From positions 299-64,298 of the forward strand of contig JAAYDF010000229.1 in the NCBI GenBank assembly GCA_012729395.1: a stretch of DNA of 64,000 bases. Direction: 5' to 3'. This stretch comes from Phycisphaerae bacterium (GTDB taxonomy: Bacteria > Planctomycetota > Phycisphaerae > UBA1845 > PWPN01). The position numbers and the translations under genes are program-made. Shown here piece after piece: positions 18,725 through 28,699 of the stretch (within the stretch, counting starts at the first letter, position 1; every line of letters begins with the position of its first letter). A model generated the notes under the pieces. It was not told the origin of the DNA. It saw only the letters and a list, made by a program, of their open reading frames with translations, and did not search any database.

Positions 18725-20244
18725 GCGCTTCGGTCAGCCACAAGACCGCTCTGCCTCTGTTGCATGAATCGCCGACGGTGAGCTCCGTCGCGACGAAGAC
18801 GCTCTCTCTGCGCAGCACGACATCGCTGGCTATCGCCCTTCTTCTGATGATCGCAGCGATCGCGGCGTACGGGATCTGCGACGTCGTGAGTGAGGCCTCC
18901 CTGCAGACCCAGTATGTCGCATGGTCGGTCTGCGGCATGTTGGTCCTGCTGGCCATTGTGATCCTGCTGCTTGGCCGGCTCATCACTCACCGCTCGCTAC
19001 GCATCATTGAGCAGCGATTGCACCACCTGACGAAAGATGATGAACTCGCGAATCTCGATGCCCCGGTGCCTGGCGAGTTGCAGCCGGTGTTGAGCGCTCT
19101 GAGTGGATACGTCACCAAGGTTCGCACCCGGGTCGACCAACTCCGCATGCAGAAGAAGGAACTCGACATCCAGATGCGTGTCGCCGACGCGGAGCGGCAG
19201 AACACCGAAGCGATCATCTTCAGCATCTCGGACGCCGTTCTGGTCATCGACTCCTTCGGTGAGCTGATCCTGGCGAACACCGCGGCCGAGCGGCTGTTCG
19301 GATTCCGATCGGCGGCGTGGCGTCATCGGCCTATCGAACGGGTACTGGACGAGGGCTCGCTGATAAGTCTCATCAAGGACGCTCGTACGGCGGGCGATCG
19401 CAGTATCCGTCGGCAGGTCGAATACAGCACGCTGCGGAACGGCCGCACCCAGACCTTCAACATCACCCTGTCGACGGTGGTGGACGCCAACGGGCAATCG
19501 CGCGGGGTTGTGGCTGTGTTCCACGATATCACCCGCGAGCGCGAGATCGCCCAGGTCAAGACCGATTTCGTCTCTTCGGTCTCGCACGAACTGCGAACGC
19601 CCCTGTCCAGTATCAAGGCCTACGTCGAGATGCTCGTGGACGGGGAAGCGCACGACGAGAACACCCGGCGGCATTTTTACGAGATCATCCAAACAGAAAC
19701 AGACCGGCTGCAACGGCTGATCAGCAACATCCTGAACATCTCGCGGATCGAGTCGGGCGTGGTGGATATCCATCGGGAATCCATCCCGGCCAACACGGTG
19801 GTCGAGACCGTCACGGACATGATGTTACCGCAGGCACGGGAGAAGAACATCGAGCTGACTTGCGAGTTGGGCGAGAACGTACCGGCGGTATGGGCGGACC
19901 GCGATCTGCTCCACCAAGCGGTGCTCAACGTGATCAGCAACGCGGTGAAGTACACTCAGCCGGGCGGGCTAGTGCGTGTGTCCACGCACGTCGAGACTGA
20001 AAACAGGCATGTGGCAATCAGCATCTCGGACAACGGCATGGGGATACGTGCCCAGGATCTATCGCGGGTTTTCGATAAGTTCTACCGCGCTCCGGACGGC
20101 GCGGCGATTGCGAAAGGTACGGGACTTGGTCTCAACCTGGTCAAGCACATCGTGGAAACGGTGCACGGTGGGCAGATCTCGGTCGCCAGCGAGTTGAACA
20201 GCGGCACCACGATGGTGCTGCGGTTCCCCTACCTGGCCGATTGA
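18721..20244 (+). CDS. membrane PAS-domain sensor histidine kinase
   Basis: Two TM helices, PAS (ISDAVLVID), VSHELRTPL, NAVKY, DNGMGI, GTGLGL. Confidence 0.92.
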   Translation: MSASVSHKTALPLLHESPTVSSVATKTLSLRSTTSLAIALLLMIAAIAAYGICDVVSEASLQTQYVAWSVCGMLVLLAIVILLLGRLITHRSLRIIEQRLHHLTKDDELANLDAPVPGELQPVLSALSGYVTKVRTRVDQLRMQKKELDIQMRVADAERQNTEAIIFSISDAVLVIDSFGELILANTAAERLFGFRSAAWRHRPIERVLDEGSLISLIKDARTAGDRSIRRQVEYSTLRNGRTQTFNITLSTVVDANGQSRGVVAVFHDITREREIAQVKTDFVSSVSHELRTPLSSIKAYVEMLVDGEAHDENTRRHFYEIIQTETDRLQRLISNILNISRIESGVVDIHRESIPANTVVETVTDMMLPQAREKNIELTCELGENVPAVWADRDLLHQAVLNVISNAVKYTQPGGLVRVSTHVETENRHVAISISDNGMGIRAQDLSRVFDKFYRAPDGAAIAKGTGLGLNLVKHIVETVHGGQISVASELNSGTTMVLRFPYLAD

Positions 20245-20264
20245 CATGCAAGAGAGGAGCGGTC

Positions 20265-20660
20265 ATGGGCAACAAGACCATCCTGATTGCGGACGATGAG
20301 ACGCACATTCTGAACGTGCTCTCGATCAAACTTCGGAACGCCGGCTTCAACGTCGTCACGGCGGAGGACGGCGCCGAGGCGTACGCCCTGGCTTGCGCGC
20401 ACCAACCGGACTTGGTCATTACCGACTACCAGATGCCGCTTCTGAGCGGGCTGGAGCTGTGCAGCAAGTTGATGAGTGATCCCAAGACGCGGAATGTGCC
20501 GACCATTCTCTTGACGGCCCGCGGTTTCTCGATGTCCGAGGCGGATATTACTTCGCACAACATTCGAGAGGTGATCACCAAGCCCTTTAGTCCGCGCGAA
20601 GTGCTGGCCCGTGTTCAGGATCTGGTTCAGCACAACGTCGTGGGGGTTGCTTCCGTGTAG
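20265..20660 (+). CDS. single-domain response regulator
   Basis: ILIADDE, DLVITDYQMP, LTAR, TKPFSP; intact phospho-site, no output domain. Confidence 0.92.
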   Translation: MGNKTILIADDETHILNVLSIKLRNAGFNVVTAEDGAEAYALACAHQPDLVITDYQMPLLSGLELCSKLMSDPKTRNVPTILLTARGFSMSEADITSHNIREVITKPFSPREVLARVQDLVQHNVVGVASV

Positions 20661-20677
20661 TTTGGGGGAGCTGAACG

Positions 20678-22360
20678 ATTTCAACCGTAAACGTCAACGA
20701 GAGTCGCCGTGAGGTTCTGTCGGATTTCACCGAGTGGGCCCAGCCATGGTCCCAACTCGGGCTGTGGTTGTCCACCTGGAACGATGGGGCGGAACTGGCC
20801 GAGGAGATGGGGCCCAAGGGCACATTCTGGCAGACCCTTGTTCGCCACTCACCGAGGTTCTATGAGCGGCTGCGCCACTTTGCGCGCCGAGCCCAGGGGG
20901 GTGATACGCTGGCATGTGAGTTGGACCCGCTGGCAGGAACGCTGGTGGTGGCGGTTCCGGTCACTCATCGGCACCATACCGTGGGGGCCGTACTCGCCTG
21001 CGGGTTGACGGAGGCCTTCCTTGACGAGGAGACGTTCGCGAGGTTCTGCGACACATACCAGTTGGACCGTACGGTCATGATTCGCCTGGCGTCCGAGCAG
21101 CCAAGGCACCAGATTGGCCATCTGCAGGCCTACGCCAGCATTCTGGCCCACCACGTCAACGCGAGCAGCACCGCGAATGCCGCCCAGCGCGACATCTGTG
21201 ACATGTCCTCGCACCTCGACCGCACGTATGAGGAACTGCATCTGCTGTACCGGGTGAGCACGGGATTAAGCGTCAGCAGAAAGCCGATACACCACTTTCG
21301 AGAACTCTGCCAGGAACTCCTGCACACCACCGTGGTTCGCAGTTTCGCCGTCATTCTGGAGTCGCCCAAGGACTCGACCGTCCCACCCGGGGTGGTGCAA
21401 ATCGGCCCGCTGGAGGCGGATACCGACGACCTGCTGCGGCTTTACCATCTCGTCCGCGAGCGAACTCCCAACGTAGGGGAAGCCTTGGTAGTTGACCAGG
21501 CGGCCGCTGATCCCACGCTGAGCTGGGCTTCTCCCTGGCTGAAGCAGTTCGTGTTCTACCGCTTAGCCAAGCGTGAACGACTGTTCGGCGGCATCCTGGC
21601 GATCAATCACGTCGACAATACGGAGTTCAACTCCTACGAGATCCAGTTCATCAACGCCCTGACCGAGCGAAGCTCGGCCTTCCTGGAGAACGTCCAGCTC
21701 TATGATGACCTGGAGCGGCTGTTCAGCGGGCTGGTGCATGCTCTGGTGAGCAGTATCGACGCGAAGGATCCATACACCTGCGGCCACTCTCAGCGAGTCG
21801 CCCGGCTTAGCCACCGTATCGCCCAGCTGAACGGGATGTCGGAGGCCCAGTGCCGGCGGGTTTACCTGAGCGGTCTGCTGCACGACGTCGGCAAAATCGG
21901 AATCTCCGAGGCGGTGCTGTGCAAGAGCGGCCGACTCACCCGCGAGGAGTTTGAGGAGATCAAACGGCATCCGGAGATCGGAGCGAGAATCCTGGCGGGT
22001 GTTCCGCAGGTGGTTCATGCCATCCCCGGTGTGCTGCATCACCATGAGCGGATGGACGGCAAGGGCTACCCGGCGGGCTTGGCGGGCTACGACATTCCCT
22101 TGCTGGGGCGGATTATCGGGCTGGCGGACAGCTACGACGCCATGACAACCAATCGCACCTATCGGCAAGCTCGGCCGGTGCAGATCGCCATCGCCGAGAT
22201 TCGCCGGTGCAGCGGCACGCAGTTCGACCCCCTGCTGGCTGATCTCCTGCTGCAACAGAATGTCGAAACCATGCACCAGGAGGTGACGGAATTCGGCAAT
22301 CTGCCGATGGGAAGTCACCCAGCCATCGGCATGGGCTTCTTCATGGGAGACGAGCCATGA
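20678..22360 (+). CDS. HD-GYP c-di-GMP phosphodiesterase with N-terminal PocR-like and GAF-like domains (start uncertain: ATT 20678 or TTG 20768)
   Basis: AKDPYTCGHSQRV, LLHDVGKIG, HHERMDGKGYP, ADSYDAM, GTQFDP. Confidence 0.9.
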   Translation: MSTVNVNESRREVLSDFTEWAQPWSQLGLWLSTWNDGAELAEEMGPKGTFWQTLVRHSPRFYERLRHFARRAQGGDTLACELDPLAGTLVVAVPVTHRHHTVGAVLACGLTEAFLDEETFARFCDTYQLDRTVMIRLASEQPRHQIGHLQAYASILAHHVNASSTANAAQRDICDMSSHLDRTYEELHLLYRVSTGLSVSRKPIHHFRELCQELLHTTVVRSFAVILESPKDSTVPPGVVQIGPLEADTDDLLRLYHLVRERTPNVGEALVVDQAAADPTLSWASPWLKQFVFYRLAKRERLFGGILAINHVDNTEFNSYEIQFINALTERSSAFLENVQLYDDLERLFSGLVHALVSSIDAKDPYTCGHSQRVARLSHRIAQLNGMSEAQCRRVYLSGLLHDVGKIGISEAVLCKSGRLTREEFEEIKRHPEIGARILAGVPQVVHAIPGVLHHHERMDGKGYPAGLAGYDIPLLGRIIGLADSYDAMTTNRTYRQARPVQIAIAEIRRCSGTQFDPLLADLLLQQNVETMHQEVTEFGNLPMGSHPAIGMGFFMGDEP

Positions 22361-22701
22361 AAGTGCAGACCGACATACGGGATGACCTGGCCATCCTCGC
22401 CGTCGCGGGCGAGCTGAACGCCGATTCAGTCGCCAAGTTCGGGGAAGCGGTCGAGCAAGCACACACCCAAGCGGCGCGGGATTTCATCGTGGACCTTTCC
22501 GAGGTCACCAGCGTGGACAGCGCGGGGCTGGAATGCCTCGTCCGTCTGCAGCGCGAGGCCGAGGAGCAATTGGGGATGGTGCAGTTCTGCGGCGCCGACC
22601 AGACACTGAGCAAGATCTTCGAGATGACGCGGCTGGATAAGCGTTTCACCCTGCATCCGAGCGTTGATGCGGCCATAGCCAGCTTTGCACCCGCGGGATA
22701 A
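22357..22701 (+). CDS. STAS-domain protein (anti-sigma factor antagonist type)
   Basis: VAGEL, IVDLSEVTSVDSAGL with the phosphorylatable Ser, IFEMTRLD. Confidence 0.9.
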   Translation: MKVQTDIRDDLAILAVAGELNADSVAKFGEAVEQAHTQAARDFIVDLSEVTSVDSAGLECLVRLQREAEEQLGMVQFCGADQTLSKIFEMTRLDKRFTLHPSVDAAIASFAPAG

Positions 22702-22704
22702 CCG

Positions 22705-24432
22705 ATGAGCAATGTGAACATGACCAGTACGACAAGCTCGCCTCCCCGTCAGGTCGGCCAGATCCTGGTTGAGAAGGGTCTGGTGACCGAGGCGCAGATC
22801 CAGCAGGCACTTGCCGAGCAGAAGCAAAGCGGGCACCGCAAACTGCTGGGCGAGATGATCGTCGAGCTTGGCTTCGCGACCGAGGACCAGGTAGTCGAGG
22901 CGCTGGCTGAGGCGTATGGCATGCCGTACGCCAAGCTCACGCCGAAGCTGGTCGACCCGAAGATGATCGGCGAGTTGCCGCGCGACTTTGTCGAGAAGCA
23001 GTGCGTCCTGCCGCTGTTCAAGGTCGACAGCGTGCTGACGGTGGCGATCCATGAGCCAGCCAACGTCTTCCTGATGGAAGAGGTGAGCAAGCTGGTGAAC
23101 TGTCCGGTGCAGGCGGTCGCCACCTCCGCGGGAGATATCAAGGCCCTCCTGCAGATGCACCTGCCTTCCAGCAATGTGTTTGTGATCGATGAGATCCTCG
23201 AAGACGTGGCCACTGAAGTACTTGAGGAGCTCCAACAGCCGTCGCTGGACATTGCGTCGCTGGAAACCGACGCGGCGGGTTCGCCCGTCATCAAGCTGGC
23301 CAACTACATCATCTTCAACGCCGTGCGCGAGGGGGCAAGCGACATCCACATCGAGCCGGACGAGAACCTGCTCCGTGTGCGTTACCGGATCGACGGGCGG
23401 CTGGTGGAGAAGCTTCAACCACCGGCAGTGATGCAGCCCGCTCTCGTGTCGCGTATCAAGATCATGGCCTCGCTGGACATCTCCGAGCGGCGGCTGCCGC
23501 AGGACGGCGGCATCCACGTCAAAATGGACGGCCGGCCTATCGATCTGCGCGTCTCGACGCTTCCGAACAAGTTCGGCGAGAAAGTCGTGCTCCGGATCAT
23601 CGACAACAAGAACGTCTGCGTGTCGATGGAGCAACTCGGATTTGACAAGGACACGCTCGATAAGTTCCGGCGGCAAGTGCATCAGCCGCACGGTCTGATG
23701 CTGGTGACAGGCCCGACCGGCAGCGGCAAGAGCACGACGCTCTATGCCGCCCTCTCGGATATCAACACCAGCGACATCAACATCTGCACGGTCGAAGACC
23801 CGATCGAGTTCAACCTCGTCGGGATCAACCAGTTTCAGGTCAACGAGAAGATTGGATTCACCTTCCCCGCGACGTTGCGCTCGCTGCTGCGGCAAGACCC
23901 GGACGTGATCATGGTGGGCGAGATTCGCGACGCGGAGACGGCCAAAATCGCGGTGCAGGCGGCCCTGACCGGGCACATGGTTTTCTCCACGCTGCACACC
24001 AATGACGCTCCGAGCGCCGTCACCCGGTTGTACAACGTGGGCATCGAGCCTTACCTGATCAGTGCGTCCTTGGTGGGCGTGCTGGCTCAGCGTCTGGTGC
24101 GGCGGCTGTGCCCTGGTTGCTCCGAGGAGATCACCCCGACCCCGCATGCCATCCACGCCGCTCAACGACTGGGTGAGCAACTGGACCGCGTTTTCGTGGG
24201 CACGGGATGCTCGCGTTGCCGACGTACCGGTTTTTCGGGGCGGGTCGGGCTCTACGAGGTATTCATCCCCGATGATGAGGCCCGGGATGCCATCACCGGC
24301 GGCGCCACGCTGCATCAGTTGCGCGACTTGGCCTGCAAAGGGGGCATGAAGTCGCTCGTGGCCGACGGGTTCGAGAAGGTCCGCCAAGGCATGACCAGCA
24401 TCGAGGAGGTTCTCCGCGTGACCACGTCATAG
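22705..24432 (+). CDS. pilB: type IV pilus extension ATPase PilB/GspE with an MshEN-like N-terminus
   Basis: ASDIHIEP, RLPQDG, GPTGSGKSTT, LRQDPD, TGHMVFSTLHTND, CxxC...CxxC. Confidence 0.93.
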   Translation: MSNVNMTSTTSSPPRQVGQILVEKGLVTEAQIQQALAEQKQSGHRKLLGEMIVELGFATEDQVVEALAEAYGMPYAKLTPKLVDPKMIGELPRDFVEKQCVLPLFKVDSVLTVAIHEPANVFLMEEVSKLVNCPVQAVATSAGDIKALLQMHLPSSNVFVIDEILEDVATEVLEELQQPSLDIASLETDAAGSPVIKLANYIIFNAVREGASDIHIEPDENLLRVRYRIDGRLVEKLQPPAVMQPALVSRIKIMASLDISERRLPQDGGIHVKMDGRPIDLRVSTLPNKFGEKVVLRIIDNKNVCVSMEQLGFDKDTLDKFRRQVHQPHGLMLVTGPTGSGKSTTLYAALSDINTSDINICTVEDPIEFNLVGINQFQVNEKIGFTFPATLRSLLRQDPDVIMVGEIRDAETAKIAVQAALTGHMVFSTLHTNDAPSAVTRLYNVGIEPYLISASLVGVLAQRLVRRLCPGCSEEITPTPHAIHAAQRLGEQLDRVFVGTGCSRCRRTGFSGRVGLYEVFIPDDEARDAITGGATLHQLRDLACKGGMKSLVADGFEKVRQGMTSIEEVLRVTTS

Positions 24433-24522
24433 CCGCTTGCGGTTGTCCGCAGGCCCGAGGGATCGCCGGCAGGAACGCGCCAAGCTCCATTCGACCCGTC
24501 ACCAGCGAACAAGGAAGACAAC

Positions 24523-25668
24523 ATGACGATCATCGCCCTTCTCAGACAAGCTCGACAACGCGGGGCCTCCGACCTGCTCTTGGTGGCGGGCAAGCCGCCC
24601 AGCGTTTACATCCAGGGACGACTCCAGCCCCTGAAGGAGCAGACGCTGGTCGCGGTTGAGTTGGACCAGATGCTCGAGGAGTTCATCCCACAGGCGCGCC
24701 GCCGGCAATTGGCTGAGGCGGGCGACGTGGACTTCGCCTTCGGCTCGCCGGAGACCGGGCGAACCCGCATCAACGTGCACAAGCAGCGCGGATCGCTCGC
24801 CGCCGCCGCCCGACTCATCGCCGACGAAGTCCCCTCGTTTGACGATCTGCACCTCCCGCCCTGCCTGCCGGAGTTCGCCCGTTTGCCGCGGGGACTCGTT
24901 CTGGTCACCGGGTGCACCGGCTCGGGCAAGAGCACCACGCTCGCGGCGATGATCCAGTACATGAACGAAAGCATGGACCGGCATGTGATCACACTCGAAG
25001 ACCCGATCGAGTTCATGTTCACGCACGGTCGCTGCATCATCGAGCAGCGCGAAATCGGGGAAGACTCGCCGACCTTCGCCCATGCCCTTCGGCATGTGGT
25101 ACGTCAGAAACCCGACGTCATTCTGGTTGGCGAAATGCGGGACCACGAAACGATCGCAACGGCGTTGTCCGCATCTGAGACGGGCCACCTGGTGCTTGGG
25201 ACGCTGCACACCAACACCGCGGCCCAGACCATCGAGCGCATCATCGATCTTTTCGAGGCCGGCCAGCAGGCCCAGATCCGCATTCAGTTGGCCAACACCT
25301 TGCAGGCGGTCGTCTGCCAGGCGCTGTTGCCGCGGTTGGAAGGCACCGGCATGGTGCCCGCGGTCGAACTCATGACCATGACACCCGCGATCCGTCGCGC
25401 CATCCGCGACCGGGAGACGCACCTCATCCCGGGCATGATCGAAACCGGCGCCAAGCAGGGCATGTGCCCGCTCGACCGTGCACTGGCCAACCTTGTGAAT
25501 CGGGGCACAGTCTCGGCTGATGCGGCAATGTGCAAAGCCATCGATCCCGAGAAACTACAGCGGCTGACCGGCGGCCAGCATGCACCACGAGCGGTCGAAG
25601 AGCTACCGACCGATCTACCGGAGCTTGAAACGGCGGTCGCCGCGGGATCCGTCAAGCCGTGGCATTGA
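24523..25668 (+). CDS. pilT: type IV pilus retraction ATPase PilT
   Basis: GASDL, GSGKSTT, EDPIE, QREIG, GHLVLGTLHT, AIRRAIRD (AIRNLIRE-like). Confidence 0.92.
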   Translation: MTIIALLRQARQRGASDLLLVAGKPPSVYIQGRLQPLKEQTLVAVELDQMLEEFIPQARRRQLAEAGDVDFAFGSPETGRTRINVHKQRGSLAAAARLIADEVPSFDDLHLPPCLPEFARLPRGLVLVTGCTGSGKSTTLAAMIQYMNESMDRHVITLEDPIEFMFTHGRCIIEQREIGEDSPTFAHALRHVVRQKPDVILVGEMRDHETIATALSASETGHLVLGTLHTNTAAQTIERIIDLFEAGQQAQIRIQLANTLQAVVCQALLPRLEGTGMVPAVELMTMTPAIRRAIRDRETHLIPGMIETGAKQGMCPLDRALANLVNRGTVSADAAMCKAIDPEKLQRLTGGQHAPRAVEELPTDLPELETAVAAGSVKPWH

Positions 25669-25692
25669 TCGGGGGCAGTAGGGAATCTCGAC

Positions 25693-26913
25693 ATGGCCAA
25701 GTTCATCTATCAGGCACGAGATAACGGCGGGGCCTCGCTGGCGGGCGAAATCGTCGCGTCAGGCGAGGCGGAAGCCGCCCAGTTGCTTCGCGCGGAAGGC
25801 AAGTTCGTCGTCCGCCTCGATACCGCCGACGACTCGCACAGCCTCGCCGCGCACCTGCCACGCAAGGGCAGCAATCGCATTAAACCTGATGAAGTGATCT
25901 ACTTCGCCAATCAACTCGCGGGCATGGTCGAGACGGGCGTACCTTTGGCGGACGCACTGGAAGCCACAATCGAGCAGGCACCGCCTGGCGCGTTCAGGCG
26001 AACCATCGAGGACATCATCGCTCGCGTGCAGGGCGGAACGGACCTGTCCGCGGCGCTCGCCGCCCATCCCAAGGTCTTCTCCCCCTTGTTCGTGCACATG
26101 GTGCGGGCCTCCGAGAAGACCGGCACGCTGGGCCCCATGCTCAGTCGCATTGCCGACTACCTCGTCAACCAGCGAGAGATCCGCAAGAAGGTCAAGGGTG
26201 CCCTGACCTACCCCTGCTGCATGATGGTCTTCGCGGTGGGAGCGATGATCTTCCTGCTGACGTTCGTGCTGCCCAAATTCGCGGCCATCTACGCCGGCAA
26301 GGCCGCCGCCCTGCCCCTGCCCACACGCATCCTCATGAACACCAGCGAATGGATGGTCGGGCAGTGGTACTTTCTGGTCGGCGGGACCATTCTCGCCGCC
26401 GTGGCGGCACATCTCTACTTCCGTACTGAAAGAGGCAAGTACACAAGCGACTGGCTTCGGTTGCACATGCCCGTCGTCGGCGGGATGTTTCAGCAGGCCT
26501 GTGTCACCCGTGCCCTGCGCACGCTCGGATCGATGATCTCCGCCGGAGTTTCCGTCCTCGAAGCGGTGCCCATTACCCGCGACGTAGTTGGGAATCGTCT
26601 GTTCGGTCGCATCTTCGACGATGCCTGCCGCCGTATGGAATCAGGCGATCAACTCAGTGCCGCCTTGCTTAACGCCCCCTACATTCCCCGCAACGTCTGG
26701 CAGATGCTCCGGGCAGGCGAACGCACCGGGAAGCTCGGCCCGACGATGGACCGCATTGCCGAGCTCTGTGAAGCCGACCTCCGCAACTCCATCCGCACCA
26801 TCACCCAGTTCATCGAGCCCGCCATGATCGCTTTTCTGGGAATCATGATCGGCGGCATCGCCATCGCCGTCCTTATGCCCATCTTCCAGATTTCCAAGAT
26901 CATGGCACACTGA
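25693..26913 (+). CDS. pilC: type IV pilus platform protein PilC/GspF
   Basis: MAKFIYQARD, HPKVFSPLFVHMVRASEKTG, KGALTYP, GERTGKL, FIEPAMI. Confidence 0.93.
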   Translation: MAKFIYQARDNGGASLAGEIVASGEAEAAQLLRAEGKFVVRLDTADDSHSLAAHLPRKGSNRIKPDEVIYFANQLAGMVETGVPLADALEATIEQAPPGAFRRTIEDIIARVQGGTDLSAALAAHPKVFSPLFVHMVRASEKTGTLGPMLSRIADYLVNQREIRKKVKGALTYPCCMMVFAVGAMIFLLTFVLPKFAAIYAGKAAALPLPTRILMNTSEWMVGQWYFLVGGTILAAVAAHLYFRTERGKYTSDWLRLHMPVVGGMFQQACVTRALRTLGSMISAGVSVLEAVPITRDVVGNRLFGRIFDDACRRMESGDQLSAALLNAPYIPRNVWQMLRAGERTGKLGPTMDRIAELCEADLRNSIRTITQFIEPAMIAFLGIMIGGIAIAVLMPIFQISKIMAH

Positions 26914-27028
26914 AAGCTGACCGCCGAGTGATTGCCTGTCAGGAGCGATGCCGCGCTGACCGGAGTGCCGCCCCACGGAGCCCACGGTTCCGGCGGATCC
27001 GCGCCGTGCAAACGCGCGCCGCCACCCG

Positions 27029-28633
27029 TCAGCCCTCCCATCCCCCTCCCAAAGCCTTGTAGAGGGCAATCAGGTCGGTCACCACCGCCATATCGCTCTG
27101 GACCAGGGCATCCTCGGAACTGTACAGGGCTCGCTGGGCCTCAAGCAGATCCAGGAACGAAGCCCGCCCCCAGGTGTAGAGCTCCGTGCTCAACTCCGTC
27201 GCTTGCCGGCTGGCCTGGACGGCGTTCTTGAGCGACTCGCGGCGTATTTGCTCGTTCGAGTAGGCGGACAAGGCAATCTCGACTTCCTTGAGGGCGATCA
27301 GCACGGTCTGCTCATAGGTGGCCAGCGCCTGCTCCTGGCGGGCGTTCTGGGCCTCGATATTCGCCCGTATCCGCCCGCCCTGGAAGATCGGCCAGGAAAC
27401 GGCGGGGCCAACAGCCCACCCGAGGCTCTTACACGAGAAGAGGTTGTCGATATTCCTGCTCTGCGAGCCGAACGAGCCGGTGAGCGAGAACTTGGGGAAC
27501 AGCTCCGCGATGGCCTCGCCGATGCGGGCTGTGGCCGCCGCCAGTTGACGCTCGGCCGAACGCACGTCCGGCCGGCGGCGAAGCAGGTCCGAAGGCAGAC
27601 CAACAGGCACTGCGGGAGGACTCGCGGGGATGGCCTCCGCCTGATCCAACTCCGCCACCAGCGCATCGGGCTGTTGGCCAAGCAGAACACTCAGATGATA
27701 AAGGGTCTGCCTGATCCCATCCTGGAGCATGGGAACCTGCGAGGTAGTCGTCGCCAGTTGCGTTTTCGCCTGGGCGACCTCCAATTGGCTCGCGAATCCG
27801 GCCGCCAGTCGCTCCTGGGTTAGCTCGACCGTGCTCTGTTGGGATTCGATATTCCGCAGCGCGATATCAAGACGCTGCTGGTATCCTCTCAACTGCACGT
27901 AATTGAGGGCCACCTCGGACACCAGAGAAACGATCAAGGTTCGTCGATCTTCCTCGGACGCCTCGATGTCCGCCTCGGCGGCCTCCAAGCCTCGCTGCGC
28001 ACCGCCGAATACGTCGATTTCCCAGCTGGCGTCAAAGCCCGCCTGAAACAGATTCTGGCCGCGATGCGAAGGCTGATCGCCGCCTGTGAGCCGATTGTCG
28101 ATCACCTTGCCGACGATCTGATTCACCGCTCCGGAGGCGATCTGCCCGGCATCCACACCTTGGCCGGCTAGAATCGACCTCGCCGCCGAGCTCAAGGCCG
28201 TGTTCCGTGCATCCTTGAGAAGCCCGGTACCCCCGGACGACTTGGCGCCGGCGTTCAGACTCGACCCGCTGTATCGATAGCTGCCGGACAAGCCGATCTG
28301 GGGCCACAGCGACGAGGCCGCGGCGCTGCGCTGGGCGCGAGCCTCCCGGACACGGGCGGTGGCAATCCGCAGGTCCAGGTTGGATTCCGCTGCCCGGGCA
28401 ATCAATGAATCGAGCGTCGGGTCGTTCAAGTTCTTCCACCATGCAGCCACGTCGGTTGGATCGGCGGTCGGCTGCGTGGCGGGCACGCCGTGCTCGCCGG
28501 TCGCACCGGATGGCTGCAGCCCGCTCCACTGCGCGGGCGTCTGGACATCCGGAGGCGTGTAGTTGGGCCCTACCACACATCCGCCCACAGTGAGTACCAT
28601 CATCCAGACTGCCCAATGTGCTGCCGCTTTCAT
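27029..28633 (-). CDS. outer-membrane efflux lipoprotein (TolC/NodT family)
   Basis: GGC lipobox, VGPNYTPP, WEIDVFGG, LLRRRPDVR, LYKALGGGW. Confidence 0.92.
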   Translation of the reverse strand: MKAAAHWAVWMMVLTVGGCVVGPNYTPPDVQTPAQWSGLQPSGATGEHGVPATQPTADPTDVAAWWKNLNDPTLDSLIARAAESNLDLRIATARVREARAQRSAAASSLWPQIGLSGSYRYSGSSLNAGAKSSGGTGLLKDARNTALSSAARSILAGQGVDAGQIASGAVNQIVGKVIDNRLTGGDQPSHRGQNLFQAGFDASWEIDVFGGAQRGLEAAEADIEASEEDRRTLIVSLVSEVALNYVQLRGYQQRLDIALRNIESQQSTVELTQERLAAGFASQLEVAQAKTQLATTTSQVPMLQDGIRQTLYHLSVLLGQQPDALVAELDQAEAIPASPPAVPVGLPSDLLRRRPDVRSAERQLAAATARIGEAIAELFPKFSLTGSFGSQSRNIDNLFSCKSLGWAVGPAVSWPIFQGGRIRANIEAQNARQEQALATYEQTVLIALKEVEIALSAYSNEQIRRESLKNAVQASRQATELSTELYTWGRASFLDLLEAQRALYSSEDALVQSDMAVVTDLIALYKALGGGWEG

Positions 28634-28699
28634 TGTGTCTCTCCGCCGTGCCGCCCGCGACGACACGCCTCATACAAGGGCCATCTCTGCAGACCACTG

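Noticed and set aside
22426-24387. 653-aa minus-strand ORF
   Set aside because: Antisense shadow of pilB/STAS caused by high-GC codon bias; no motifs
11244-26913. Interpretation of the locus as a type II secretion system
   Set aside because: PilT and PilMNO indicate a type IVa pilus, although the pilin is GspG-like and a secretion role is not excluded
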